From: Caulobacteraceae bacterium | GTDB taxonomy: Bacteria; Pseudomonadota; Alphaproteobacteria; Caulobacterales; Caulobacteraceae | Direction of reading: 5' to 3' | NCBI GenBank assembly: GCA_965284635.1 | Contig: OZ260097.1 | Coordinates: 2,566,374-2,630,373, forward strand | Length of the DNA stretch: 64,000 nt | Shown here: positions 50,133 through 59,624 of the stretch, piece by piece | How the letters are laid out: each line of letters begins with the position of its first letter | How positions within the stretch are numbered: position 1 is the first letter of the stretch | Translations under genes and position numbers: made by a program | The notes under the pieces: model-generated | What the model saw: the letters and a program-made list of their open reading frames with translations, nothing else | What the model was told of the DNA's origin: nothing | Database searches by the model: none

Positions 50133-50520
50133 CGACGGCGGGCATGAGCGGCGCGAGGAACGCGGCCCGCTCCTCGGCCGGAATCGCCAGCAGCTGGTTG
50201 CGCAGCGTCTGGCACAGCTCGTCGAGCCACAGCTCGGTATCCCCGGTCGGAGGCTCTCCGAAGTGACGATAGCGGCGGTGCTCGAAGAACAGGGTCAGCC
50301 ACAGGGTCGCGGCGTCGCCGAACCACATGCCGGCCGCGCCGGCGGCCTTGCCGGTCGCGGTCGCCAGCGCCGACAGCGCTTCAAAGCTCCCGGTGACCGC
50401 ATAGCCGTCGATGAGATAGGCGAAGCGAAACGAATCCCGGAACCGGAAGGGGTCGGGGATCGCTTCGAAGTCGCCACCCGGGATGCGATCTTCCCATCCG
50501 TCGCTGGCCTGAATTTGCAT
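50122..50520 (-). CDS. Hypothetical protein inserted antisense within the leucine-catabolism cluster
   Basis: Natural-looking composition; [17 protein letters not shown] segment; no family recognised. Confidence 0.65.
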   Translation of the reverse strand: MQIQASDGWEDRIPGGDFEAIPDPFRFRDSFRFAYLIDGYAVTGSFEALSALATATGKAAGAAGMWFGDAATLWLTLFFEHRRYRHFGEPPTGDTELWLDELCQTLRNQLLAIPAEERAAFLAPLMPAVATS

Positions 50521-50582
50521 GCCGATCCCGCTAACAATCACACTGTGGGTCGGAGTATAGCTACCTTATCCAAGGAGCCCAG

Positions 50583-51422
50583 ATGACCAATCCCATCGCC
50601 GACCCCCTCGTCGAGGTCCCCGACACCGACGCCCTGAGTTCGCTGGTCGAGCTGGACGCCAGCCCGTCGGGCGTGGCCGTCGTCACGATCAACCGTCCGG
50701 ACCGCAAGAACGCCTTCAACGCCGAGGTCGTCGCGGCCCTGGCGCAGCATTTCGAGACCCTGCGCGACGCCGACGGCGTGCGCATTGTCTTCCTGCGCGG
50801 GGCGGGCGGGGCGTTCAGCGCCGGCGCCGACCTGGAGTGGATGAAGTCGGCCACCGGCTTCACCAAGGACGAGAACCGTGAAGACGCCATGGCGCTGGCC
50901 GAGATGCTGCTGGCCCTGCGCGAGCTGCCGCAGCTGACCGTGGCCCTGGTCGAGGGCCCGGCCTTCGGCGGCGGCGCCGGTCTGGTCGCGGCCTGCGACT
51001 ACGCCGTGGCCGTCAAGGACGCGAAGTTCGCCTTCTCCGAGGTGAAGCTGGGCCTCGTCGCAGCGACCATCAGCCCGCACGTGGTGGCCGCCATCGGTCC
51101 CCGCCGCGCCAAGAGCCTGTTCGCCACCGGCCGGATGTTCGACGCCGCCTTCGCCGAGAAGATCGGCCTGGTCGATGAGCTGGTCGACGCCGCCGCGGAC
51201 CTCGACGACGCCATGGAGCGGCTGGCGACCGAGATCATGGCCTGCGCCCCCGGCGCGGTCGCCCTGTCCAAGGCGCTGGTCGAGGACGTCGCCGGCGTGC
51301 CGATCGACGACGAGCTGCTCGAGCTGACCGCCCGGCTGATCGCCGACCAGCGGCTCAGCGACGAGGGCCTCGAGGGCGTCGCCGCCTTCCTCGAAAAGCG
51401 CAAGCCCGGCTGGGCGCTCTAG
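50583..51422 (+). CDS. Enoyl-CoA hydratase/isomerase (probable methylglutaconyl-CoA hydratase)
   Basis: NRPDRKNAF, FSAGADL, AFGGGAGLVAACD, FAFSEVKLGL. Confidence 0.9.
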   Translation: MTNPIADPLVEVPDTDALSSLVELDASPSGVAVVTINRPDRKNAFNAEVVAALAQHFETLRDADGVRIVFLRGAGGAFSAGADLEWMKSATGFTKDENREDAMALAEMLLALRELPQLTVALVEGPAFGGGAGLVAACDYAVAVKDAKFAFSEVKLGLVAATISPHVVAAIGPRRAKSLFATGRMFDAAFAEKIGLVDELVDAAADLDDAMERLATEIMACAPGAVALSKALVEDVAGVPIDDELLELTARLIADQRLSDEGLEGVAAFLEKRKPGWAL

Positions 51423-51440
51423 GCATCAAGGGGAGGGGGC

Positions 51441-52379
51441 GTGTCTCACGAGCTTGAAGCGGCGGCGGCGGAGTCGGCCGGCGGGTTCTTTTCCCGCAAG
51501 CCGAAGCACGCGCTGCCGGTGGGCACGCCCTGTCCCAACTGCGAGACGCCGCTGGAGGGCCCCTGGTGCCACCAGTGCGGCCAGAAGGGCGAGGAGTTCC
51601 ACCGCTCGATCGGCCATCTGGCCGCCGAGGCGTTCGAGGGCCTGACCCATTTCGATGGCCGGTTCTGGCGGACCATGCCGGACCTCGTCCTCCGGCCCCA
51701 CAAGCTGACGCGCGACTTCCTCGACGGCCGTCGCGCCCCGCAGATCCCGCCGTTCCGCCTGTTCCTCGTGGTGGTGCTGCTGGTGTTCTTCACCGGAGGC
51801 CTGGGCGGCGCGAGCAAGACCAACCTGGTCATCATCGATCCCCAGGACGGCGGCGCCCGGCCGGCGGAGGCGCATGGCGCCGGGACGCCGGCGGATATCG
51901 ATATCGACCTCGGCAAGGCGGCCGCTCCCGCGACCAGCGCGTTCGAGACCTGGTTCGAGCACGGCGCCAGCGCGGCGATGCGCAATCCGGAATCCTTCTC
52001 CCACAGCCTCCATGCCTGGGGGCACCGGCTGGCGGTGCTGTCGCTGCCGCTGGCCGCCCTGCTGCTGGGCCTGCTGTTCGTGTTCCAGAAGCGGTTCTTC
52101 CTGTTCGACCACCTGATCTTCTCGATGCATTCCCTGTCGTTCCAGGGGCTGCTGCTGTCGCTGTCCTTCCTGATCAACCTGGCGCCCGGCCAGTTGGGCA
52201 ATCTGCTGATGCTCGCCGCGCCGGTTCACCTGTTCGGCCACATGCGCGGCGTCTACGGTTCAAGCCTGCCCGGGACCCTGATCCGCATGGCGCTGCTGTT
52301 CGTCGGCTCCCTGGCCGGGGCCGCCGTGATCATGGTCCTCTTGATGATCCTGGGTTTCAACGAGGTCGCGGCGCACTGA
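51441..52379 (+). CDS. DUF3667 domain membrane protein
   Basis: CPNC...WCHQCGQ zinc ribbon, DGRFWRT, GRRAPQIPPFRLFL, HLIFSMH. Confidence 0.88.
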   Translation: MSHELEAAAAESAGGFFSRKPKHALPVGTPCPNCETPLEGPWCHQCGQKGEEFHRSIGHLAAEAFEGLTHFDGRFWRTMPDLVLRPHKLTRDFLDGRRAPQIPPFRLFLVVVLLVFFTGGLGGASKTNLVIIDPQDGGARPAEAHGAGTPADIDIDLGKAAAPATSAFETWFEHGASAAMRNPESFSHSLHAWGHRLAVLSLPLAALLLGLLFVFQKRFFLFDHLIFSMHSLSFQGLLLSLSFLINLAPGQLGNLLMLAAPVHLFGHMRGVYGSSLPGTLIRMALLFVGSLAGAAVIMVLLMILGFNEVAAH

Positions 52380-54352
52380 TGCTCAGCTCCCTGCTCATCG
52401 CCAACCGGGGCGAGATCGCCCGCCGCATCATCCGCACGGCCCGCTCGCTGGGCGTGCGGACCATCGCCGTCTATTCCGAGGCCGACGCCCGGTCCCCGCA
52501 CGTGCTGGAGGCCGACGAGGCGGTGCTGATCGGCCCGGCCCCGGCGCGCGAAAGCTATCTGGTGGCGGACAAGATCCTCGCCGCCGCGAAACAGACGGGC
52601 GCCGAGGCGATCCACCCCGGTTACGGCTTCCTGTCGGAGAACGCCGCCTTCGCCCAGGCCGTGCAGGACGCGGGTCTGATCTGGGTCGGGCCGCCGCCGG
52701 CCGCGATCAACGCCATGGGCCTGAAGGACGCGGCCAAGAGCCTGATGATCGCCGCCGGTGTGCCGACCACGCCCGGCTATCTCGGCGACGACCAGAGCGA
52801 AGCCCGGCTCGAAACCGAGGCCGCGGCCATCGGCTACCCGGTGCTGATCAAGGCCGTGGCCGGCGGCGGCGGCAAGGGCATGCGCAAGGTCGACGCGGCC
52901 GCCGACTTCCAGGCCGCCCTGGCCAGCTGCCGCCGCGAGGCCGCAGCCAGCTTCGGCGACGACAAGGTGCTGATTGAGAAGTACGTCACCCGCCCGCGCC
53001 ATATCGAGGTGCAGGTGTTCGGCGACCGCCACGGCAATGTCGTCCACCTGTTCGAGCGCGACTGCTCGCTGCAGCGCCGTCACCAGAAGGTCATCGAGGA
53101 GGCCCCGGCCCCCGGCATGGACGCGGCCACCCGCGCCGCTGTCTGCGACGCCGCCGTCAAGGCCGCGAAGGCGGTCAATTACGAGGGCGCCGGCACCATC
53201 GAGTTCATCGCCGACGCCAGCGAGGGCCTGCGCGCCGACCGCATCTGGTTCATGGAAATGAACACCCGGCTGCAGGTGGAGCACCCGGTCACCGAGATGA
53301 TCACCGGCCAGGACCTGGTCGAATGGCAGCTTCGCGTCGCCAGCGGCGAGCCGCTGCCGCTGACCCAGGACCAGATCACCATGAGCGGCTGGGCCATGGA
53401 GGCCCGCCTCTACGCCGAGAACCCGGCCACCGGCTTCCTGCCGAGCACGGGTCCGCTGACGCACTTCCGCCTGCCCGAAGACATGGTCCGCATCGACAGC
53501 GCGGTGGAGGAGGGCGGCGAGGTCAGCCCCTTCTACGACCCGATGATCGCCAAGCTGATCGCCTGGGCCGACACCCGGGAAGGCGCCGCCGAGGCGCTGG
53601 CCGAGGCCTGCGGCTCGGTCGAGGTCTGGCCGGTGAAGACCAACGCCGCCTTCCTGGCCCGCTGCGCGGGTCATCCGGACTTCGTGGCGGGGGACGTGGA
53701 CACGGGCTTCATCGAGCGGCGGCTGGACGCGCTGACGGCGCGGACCTTCAACGACGCGACGACGCTGGCCGCGGTCAGTGAGCGGCTCGAGGCCTTCATG
53801 TACGCCGACGAAAAGGGCGGCGTCTGGGACAGCGCCCCGTCGGGCCTGCTCGGCTTCCGCATGAACGCGCCGCGCGCCGCGATGGATCTGCCGATGAGCG
53901 TCGACGGCCGCGCCGTGCCGCTGCGCGTCGCCCTGACAGGGACAGGCCAGGACTGGGCCTGGGATATCGCCATCGACGGCGAAGTCCCGACTGACGACAT
54001 CTACACCCTGCCGACGACGTACGGCGACGACCCGGTCTATGTCTTCGAGGCTGGCGATGTGCGCGAGTTCAGCTTCGCCTCGGCCGCCCATGACCGCGCC
54101 GAGGCCGTTTCCGACGGCGCCATCCTCTCGCCCATGCCGGGCAAGGTCGTGTCCGTCTCGGTCAAGGTCGGCGACACCGTCACCAAGGGCCAGACCCTGC
54201 TGGTGCTCGAGGCGATGAAGATGGAACACGCCCTGGCCGCGCCGTTCGACGGCGTGGTCGCCGAGCTGGCCGCCGTCGCCGGCGGACAGGTGAGCGAGGG
54301 TGTTGTGCTCGTTCGCCTCGAGGCCAGCGAGGGATTAGGGACTAGGGGCTAG
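52379..54352 (+). CDS. 3-methylcrotonyl-CoA carboxylase alpha (biotin carboxylase + biotinyl domain)
   Basis: LLIANRGEIA, GGGGKGMR, ERDCSLQRRHQK, EMNTRLQVEH, EAMKME. Confidence 0.93.
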   Translation: MLSSLLIANRGEIARRIIRTARSLGVRTIAVYSEADARSPHVLEADEAVLIGPAPARESYLVADKILAAAKQTGAEAIHPGYGFLSENAAFAQAVQDAGLIWVGPPPAAINAMGLKDAAKSLMIAAGVPTTPGYLGDDQSEARLETEAAAIGYPVLIKAVAGGGGKGMRKVDAAADFQAALASCRREAAASFGDDKVLIEKYVTRPRHIEVQVFGDRHGNVVHLFERDCSLQRRHQKVIEEAPAPGMDAATRAAVCDAAVKAAKAVNYEGAGTIEFIADASEGLRADRIWFMEMNTRLQVEHPVTEMITGQDLVEWQLRVASGEPLPLTQDQITMSGWAMEARLYAENPATGFLPSTGPLTHFRLPEDMVRIDSAVEEGGEVSPFYDPMIAKLIAWADTREGAAEALAEACGSVEVWPVKTNAAFLARCAGHPDFVAGDVDTGFIERRLDALTARTFNDATTLAAVSERLEAFMYADEKGGVWDSAPSGLLGFRMNAPRAAMDLPMSVDGRAVPLRVALTGTGQDWAWDIAIDGEVPTDDIYTLPTTYGDDPVYVFEAGDVREFSFASAAHDRAEAVSDGAILSPMPGKVVSVSVKVGDTVTKGQTLLVLEAMKMEHALAAPFDGVVAELAAVAGGQVSEGVVLVRLEASEGLGTRG

Positions 54353-54429
54353 GGGCTGGTAACGCTCACCACGCGGTCGATGCCGCCGCGCCGCTCGACT
54401 AATCCCTAGCCCCTATCCCCCAGGCCCTC
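54330..54429. repeat. TAGGGGC heptamer inverted-repeat element, copy 2
   Basis: GGGATTAGGGACTAGGGGCTAGGGGCT ... CTAATCCCTAGCCCCTATCCCCCAGGCCCC. Confidence 0.82.
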
Positions 54430-54434
54430 ACTTC

Positions 54435-54842
54435 ATGCCCCTCCACCTGATCAAACTCTGCGTCGGCGTCGAGAGCGTCGAGGACCTGCGCGCCTGGCGG
54501 GCCCAGCGCGCGGCCCAGGGCTTTCGCTCGGTCTGTCCGACGCGCCAGACGCCCAAGCGGGCGGCGGAGCTGCTGGAGGGCGGGTCGCTCTACTGGGTGA
54601 TCAAGGGCCAGGTGCTGGTGCGCCAGGCGATCGACGAGATCGTCACCGAGGACAGCGGCCCGCAGCCCTGCCGCATCTACCTCAAGCCCGAGCTGATCGA
54701 GACCGCGCCCCAGCCGCGCCGCGCCTTCCAGGGCTGGCGCTACCTGACCCCCGCCGACGCCCCGCCGGACCTGCCGACCGGCGAGGGCGAAGCGATTTCT
54801 CCGGAGCTGGCGAAGCAGCTGCGGGAACTGGGGGCGTGGTGA
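54435..54842 (+). CDS. DUF1489 family protein
   Basis: LHLIKLCVGVES, TRQTPKR, GGSLYWVIKG, RAFQGWRYL. Confidence 0.9.
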   Translation: MPLHLIKLCVGVESVEDLRAWRAQRAAQGFRSVCPTRQTPKRAAELLEGGSLYWVIKGQVLVRQAIDEIVTEDSGPQPCRIYLKPELIETAPQPRRAFQGWRYLTPADAPPDLPTGEGEAISPELAKQLRELGAW

Positions 54843-54962
54843 GTGCGTCCTTCGAGATGCTCGCCTGAGGGCTCGCTCCTCAGGATGACGCAAAGGGCTG
54901 GGCTTCAAAGGTATTCGTCATGGTGAGGAGCGAGCCCTCAGGCGAGCGTCTCGAACCACGCA
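54843..54962 (-). repeat. Repeat family A, copy 5 (inverted)
   Basis: GTGCGTCCTTCGAGATG...CTCCTCAGGATGAC / GTCATGGTGAGGAG...CGTCTCGAACCACGCA between convergent genes. Confidence 0.88.
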
Positions 54963-54966
54963 GGGC

Positions 54967-55827
54967 CTAAATCCCCCAGTTATCGATCAGCCGCGTCCTG
55001 CCCATCCACGCCGCCACGAACACCCGCGCGCCGGCCGTCGCCGGACCCGGGCCCAGCCGCTCCAGCGTCGCGCCGTCACGGACCTCGACGTAGTCGATCT
55101 GGCGGAAGCCCGCGCCGGTCAGGCTGGCCATCACCGCGCCCTCGACGTCGATGATCTCGCCGCCGTCCTTGAGGGCGGCCACGGCGTAGCGCATGGCCGC
55201 CGGCAGGGCCCGGGCGGCGGCGCGCTCCTCGGGGCTCAGGTAGGCGTTGCGCGAGGACAGGGCCAGGCCGTCGGCCTCCCGCGCCGTCGGTCCGCCGAGG
55301 ATCTCCACCGGCAGGTCCAGGTCGCGGGCCATGCGCTTGATCACCAGCAGCTGCTGGTAGTCCTTCTCGCCAAAGATCGCCACGTCGGGCCCGCACTGGA
55401 TCAGCAGCTTGGCCACCACCGTCGCGACCCCGCCGAAGAAGTGCGGCCGGGACACGCCCTCGAGCGGCTCGGACACGCCCGTCGCCACATTGACCGTGGT
55501 GGCGAAGCCGTCCGGGTACATCTCCCGCGCATTGGGCGCGAACAGCAGGTCGCAGCCCGCTTCGGCCAGCTTCGCGGCGTCCTCCGCTTCGCCCCGCGGA
55601 TAGGCGTCGAAGTCCTCGTGCGGGGCGAACTGGGCCGGGTTGACGAAGATCGAGGCCACCGTCCGATCGGCCTTCTGGCGGCCAAGCGCGATCAGCGACA
55701 GGTGGCCGCTGTGCAGCGCCCCCATGGTCGGAATCATCGCCACCCGCTCGCCGGCGGCCTTCCAGCCGGCCACGACGGCGCGCAGGTCAGCCACGGTGCG
55801 GACGACGGGGAGGGGCGTTTCACTCAT
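54967..55827 (-). CDS. panC: Pantoate--beta-alanine ligase
   Basis: PTMGALHSGH, SIFVNPAQF, RPHFFGGV, FGEKDYQQ, LALSSRN, RLIDN. Confidence 0.97.
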   Translation of the reverse strand: MSETPLPVVRTVADLRAVVAGWKAAGERVAMIPTMGALHSGHLSLIALGRQKADRTVASIFVNPAQFAPHEDFDAYPRGEAEDAAKLAEAGCDLLFAPNAREMYPDGFATTVNVATGVSEPLEGVSRPHFFGGVATVVAKLLIQCGPDVAIFGEKDYQQLLVIKRMARDLDLPVEILGGPTAREADGLALSSRNAYLSPEERAAARALPAAMRYAVAALKDGGEIIDVEGAVMASLTGAGFRQIDYVEVRDGATLERLGPGPATAGARVFVAAWMGRTRLIDNWGI

Positions 55828-55879
55828 GCCCGGCGGCATATCGCGCAGGGGGGCGGGGGTCCAGCCGCGACCTTACAGC

Positions 55880-55914
55880 TGTGGACAACTTCGGCGCCGC
55901 GATTGCCCCGACTC
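55880..55914. promoter_or_regulatory. DnaA-box-like site and GANTC site upstream of mipZ
   Basis: TGTGGACAA (55880-55888; one mismatch to TGTGGATAA) and GACTC (55910-55914). Confidence 0.55.
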
Positions 55915-55983
55915 ACCGCGCGGGTGTCTCGTCGGGTGAAAACCCCGCCGCATCGGTGAGGGAAACGTGAACTGGGGCGACCT

Positions 55984-56823
55984 ATGGCGACGCAGCCGCA
56001 TGTCATCGTGGTAGGCAATGAAAAGGGCGGGGCGGGCAAGTCGACCATCGCCGTGCACCTGACGACGGCCCTGCTGCACGGCGGGGCCAGCGTGGCGGTC
56101 ATGGACCTGGACCTGCGCCAGTCGTCGATGGCCCGCTTCTTCACCAACCGCCGGGCCTGGCTGGCGTCGCAGGGCGCGGTGCTGCCCGAGCCGCTGATCC
56201 GCCACGCGGCTGACGACGGCGTGGCGCTGGCGAAAGCAGGCGAGGCCGAGCAGCTGGCGCGCTTCGAGGAGGCGTTCGCCCGCGCGCACCAGGACGCCGA
56301 TTTCGTGATCATCGATACGCCCGGCGGCGATTCCCTGCTGTCTCGTATGGCCCACGCCCGCGCCGACCTGATCGTCACCCCGATGAACGACAGCTTCGTC
56401 GACTTCGACGTGCTCGGCCACGTCGACCCGGTGACCCTCGATCTGCTCAAGCCGAGCATCTATTCCGAGACCGTCTGGGAGGCCCGCAAGGCGCGCGCCC
56501 TGACCGGCCAGCGCCAGGCGCTCGACTGGATCGTGCTGCGCAACCGCCTGGCCAGCGTCGAGGCCCGCAACCGCAAGCGGGTCGACGAGCGGCTGACGGC
56601 CCTGGCCAAGCGGGTCGGCTTCCGCATCGGCGCCGGCCTGCGCGACCGGGTCATCTATCGCGAGCTGTTCCCCTTCGGCCTGACGGTCGCCGACCTGTCG
56701 GCCAAGGTGCGGCCGGTGCCGGTGTCGCTGGTGCACGTCTCGGCCCGCCAGGAACTGCGCGCCCTGGTGCATTCGGTTGGACTTTCGCAGTTCTCGGGCG
56801 AAGAGTTGCTCGCCGCCGAATAG
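55984..56823 (+). CDS. mipZ: Division plane positioning ATPase MipZ
   Basis: GNEKGGAGKST, DLDLRQ, DTPGGD, TPMNDSFVDFD, RVIYRELFPFGLT. Confidence 0.96.
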   Translation: MATQPHVIVVGNEKGGAGKSTIAVHLTTALLHGGASVAVMDLDLRQSSMARFFTNRRAWLASQGAVLPEPLIRHAADDGVALAKAGEAEQLARFEEAFARAHQDADFVIIDTPGGDSLLSRMAHARADLIVTPMNDSFVDFDVLGHVDPVTLDLLKPSIYSETVWEARKARALTGQRQALDWIVLRNRLASVEARNRKRVDERLTALAKRVGFRIGAGLRDRVIYRELFPFGLTVADLSAKVRPVPVSLVHVSARQELRALVHSVGLSQFSGEELLAAE

Positions 56824-56843
56824 GGCGGGGAGTCCGGACCTTC

Positions 56844-57263
56844 ATGATCTATCTGCTGCTTGGCATCGGCGCCTTCGCCCTGCTCGTCTGGGCGGGCCGG
56901 CGCGCCAGGCCCTATCTGGCGAAACCGGAGTGGAAGATCGCCTCGGCGACCATGGCCGGCATCGCGCTGATCGCCGGCGGGCTGCTGGCGGTGACCGGCC
57001 GGGTCGTTCCGGGCGCCGTGCTGGCCGGCCTCGGGCTGGTGCTGGTGGTGACCGCCCGGCGCGGCGCCCTGCCGGCCCCGACCCTGGACAAAACCGATCT
57101 GGCCGAGGCCCGCGAGATTCTCGGTGTCGCGGCGAACGCCACGCGTGAAGAGATCCAGGCCGCCTACGCCCGCCTGATCCGCGCCGTGCACCCCGACGCC
57201 GGCGGCACAAGCGGCCTGGCGGCGCGTATCAATGCGGCGCGGGACAAGCTGCTGAAGAAATAG
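56844..57263 (+). CDS. Membrane-anchored DnaJ-like (J-domain) protein
   Basis: N-terminal TMs; AREILG...HPDAGGT...INAARD. Confidence 0.9.
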   Translation: MIYLLLGIGAFALLVWAGRRARPYLAKPEWKIASATMAGIALIAGGLLAVTGRVVPGAVLAGLGLVLVVTARRGALPAPTLDKTDLAEAREILGVAANATREEIQAAYARLIRAVHPDAGGTSGLAARINAARDKLLKK

Positions 57264-57268
57264 CCCAT

Positions 57269-57429
57269 CCGTCATCGTCGGACTTGTTCCAGAGCCTGCC
57301 CTCGGGTCGGCCCCTGGCCGATCCCGGGGGACCCATGATCTCGCCGTTTGCGGGGGAGCCCGGCCAGCTTTGCGGCTCTGCGGCGGAATTGGTGTGCATG
57401 GGTCCTCGGGACAAGCCCGAGGATGACGG
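57269..57429 (+). repeat. Repeat family D, copy 2 (nested sub-module 57300-57330)
   Basis: CCGTCATCGTCGGACTTGTTCC ... ATGGGTCCTCGGGACAAGCCCGAGGATGACGG between convergent genes. Confidence 0.88.
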
Positions 57430-57437
57430 TGATTGCC

Positions 57438-58757
57438 TTACGGCGCCACGACCATGCAGGTCTGCTTCTTGGCCTTGAGCACCTTGCAGGCCGAGCGGGC
57501 GGCGTCGGCGGTCATGCCTTCGAAGCGCACCCGGAAATAGCCGCCGACCGCATTGCCGATGGCGGCCTCGCCGTCGTCGACGGCCGAGGCGAAGCGCCGC
57601 TGGATCAGGGCCAGCTGCTCGCGCGCCTGGGACTTGGACTTGAAGGCGCCGGCCTGGATGGCCCATTGGCCGCGCGCCTTTTTCGGCGTGGCCTTCTTCG
57701 GCGGCGTGGCCGCCCGGGTCGGCGGGACGACGTCCATGCGTGGCTGGGCGACATAGGGCGTCGGGGAGAGCGGGCCGTCGGTCAGGATGACGCGCAGGCC
57801 CTCCTGGTCGGCGTCGCCCTGCTCGACCGAGGGGCGGTCCAGCGGGCCGTCCGGGGCCGGCTCGAACATCGACTGGGCGACGGTGATGGTCTCGCCCAGC
57901 GAGCGGCGCTTGAGCACGGTGAAGCCGGTCAGCAGCAGGTCTTCCACATGGTCGTCGCGGGTCGCCGTCGAGCGGCCGCCGAGCACCACGGCGATCAGCC
58001 GCCGGCCGTCGCGCACGGCCGAGGCCGCGAGGTTGAAGCCGGACGCGTTGGTGTAGCCGGTCTTCAGCCCGTCCACGCCCCACATCTGGCTGAGCAGGTG
58101 GTTGTGGTTCTTCATTGTCACGCCGCGGAAGGTGAACGAGCGCAGGCTGAAGTAGCTGTAGTACTGCGGATAGTCGCGCATCACGGCGCGCGACAGGATG
58201 GCGATGTCGCGGGCGGTGGAGATCTGGCGGCTGTCGGGCAGGCCCGACGCGTTCACGAAGCGGGTGTTGCTCATGCCCAGTTCCTGGCCGCGCAGGGTCA
58301 TCAGGGCGGCGAACCGGTCCTGGGTGCCGCCGAGGTGTTCGGCGAGGGCCACGGCCATGTCGTTGGCCGACTTCACGGCGATCGCCCGCATGGCGTCATC
58401 GACGCTGATCTGTTCGCCGGCCGCCAGGCCCAGCTTGGTCGGCGGCTGCGACGCGGCCCTGGCCGAGACGGTGATCATGTCGGTCGGCTTCAGCCGGCCC
58501 TCGGAGATGGCCTCGAAGGCCAGGTAGAGGGTCATCACCTTGGTGATCGAGGCCGGATAGCGCGGGCTGTCGGCGCGCTTGGCGTAGAGCACCTCGCCGG
58601 TGTTCGCATCCACGACGATGGCCGCGTACTTGGGTTCCGCCGCCGGCAGGGAGAGGTAGGGCGTCTGCGCCGACGCGAGGGTCGGCGTCGCCAGACCCGT
58701 CGCCAGGGCGGCGACCAGCGCAAGTGCGGAAATGAGGCGGCGGGCGAGCTCGAACAT
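57438..58757 (-). CDS. D-alanyl-D-alanine carboxypeptidase (S11) with C-terminal SPOR-like domain
   Basis: ASITK (SxxK), SAN, KTG motifs; WAIQAGAF...FRVRF C-terminal domain. Confidence 0.92.
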   Translation of the reverse strand: MFELARRLISALALVAALATGLATPTLASAQTPYLSLPAAEPKYAAIVVDANTGEVLYAKRADSPRYPASITKVMTLYLAFEAISEGRLKPTDMITVSARAASQPPTKLGLAAGEQISVDDAMRAIAVKSANDMAVALAEHLGGTQDRFAALMTLRGQELGMSNTRFVNASGLPDSRQISTARDIAILSRAVMRDYPQYYSYFSLRSFTFRGVTMKNHNHLLSQMWGVDGLKTGYTNASGFNLAASAVRDGRRLIAVVLGGRSTATRDDHVEDLLLTGFTVLKRRSLGETITVAQSMFEPAPDGPLDRPSVEQGDADQEGLRVILTDGPLSPTPYVAQPRMDVVPPTRAATPPKKATPKKARGQWAIQAGAFKSKSQAREQLALIQRRFASAVDDGEAAIGNAVGGYFRVRFEGMTADAARSACKVLKAKKQTCMVVAP

Positions 58758-58898
58758 GCGGCGTCCGTCGAAAAAGGTCAAATTTTACAGAGCTGCCCCG
58801 AGGCGACGCTGCGGCTTCCAACTAGCATGCATTGTTTCGCCTTTCGCCAAAGTAAACACCTGTTGAGCGAATCCGCCGCAGGGGAAACCTGATCATGG

Positions 58899-58958
58899 TG
58901 CGTCGCAAACGCTTCATGCTGCACTGCACCAAAATTGATTGACTGCTGCACTGCACCA
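58899..58958 (+). promoter_or_regulatory. Probable PhaR operator array upstream of phasin
   Basis: TGCGTCGCA (58899) and 15-bp direct repeat TGCTGCACTGCACCA at 58917 and 58944 (TGC-N3-GCA). Confidence 0.65.
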
Positions 58959-59042
58959 TGAGACACGGGGGAGGTCAGCAGCGACTCGCTCGCCGCCGAA
59001 ATCCAATTCCAGGTCCTCCCCGACCACACAGGAGATAGTCCT

Positions 59043-59480
59043 ATGGCCACCGGCGCCGAAACCCTGAAGTCCACGGTCGAGCAGTTCACCACCGCGGGCA
59101 ACCAAGCGTTCAAGGACAACGTCGAGAAGTCCCTCGCGACGCTCAACGAAGCCAACGCCTACTCCAAGAAGAACCTCGAAGCCGTCGTCGCTTCGGTCAC
59201 CGCCGCCACCAAGGGCGCGGAAGTCCTGGGCGCCCAGGCGATGGCCTTCTCCAAGAAGAACATCGAAGACCAGGTCTCGGCCGCCAAGGCCCTGGCCGGC
59301 GCCAAGAGCGTTCAGGAAGCCGTTGAGCTCCAGACCGCCTGGATGAAGTCCTCGCTGGAAGGCTACATGGCCGAATTCGCCAAGTGGGGCGAAACCGTCT
59401 CCGCTTCCGTCAAGGACTCGGTCAAGCCGCTGAACGAGCGCGTCACCGCGACCGTCGAGAAGCTGCAGGCCGCGAAGTAA
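59043..59480 (+). CDS. Phasin family protein
   Basis: Ala/Lys-rich amphipathic helices, SKKNLEAVVAS...AKSVQEAVELQT; AGGAG RBS; TGC-N3-GCA sites upstream. Confidence 0.9.
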   Translation: MATGAETLKSTVEQFTTAGNQAFKDNVEKSLATLNEANAYSKKNLEAVVASVTAATKGAEVLGAQAMAFSKKNIEDQVSAAKALAGAKSVQEAVELQTAWMKSSLEGYMAEFAKWGETVSASVKDSVKPLNERVTATVEKLQAAK

Positions 59481-59542
59481 GAACCTGAACGCCGGGAGGG
59501 CATCCTCCCCCGGTAAGACCCCCCGGGGTTCAAGTTCGCGTG

Positions 59543-59575
59543 AAGGCCCGGATCGGCAACGATCCGGGCCTTTTT
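59543..59575 (+). terminator. Intrinsic terminator after phasin
   Basis: AAGGCCCGGATCG-GCAA-CGATCCGGGCCTTTTT. Confidence 0.88.
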
Positions 59576-59624
59576 CGTTCGGTCGTCGCTTCCGCCGCCC
59601 GCGCCCGCGCGCTAGTTTGGCGGC

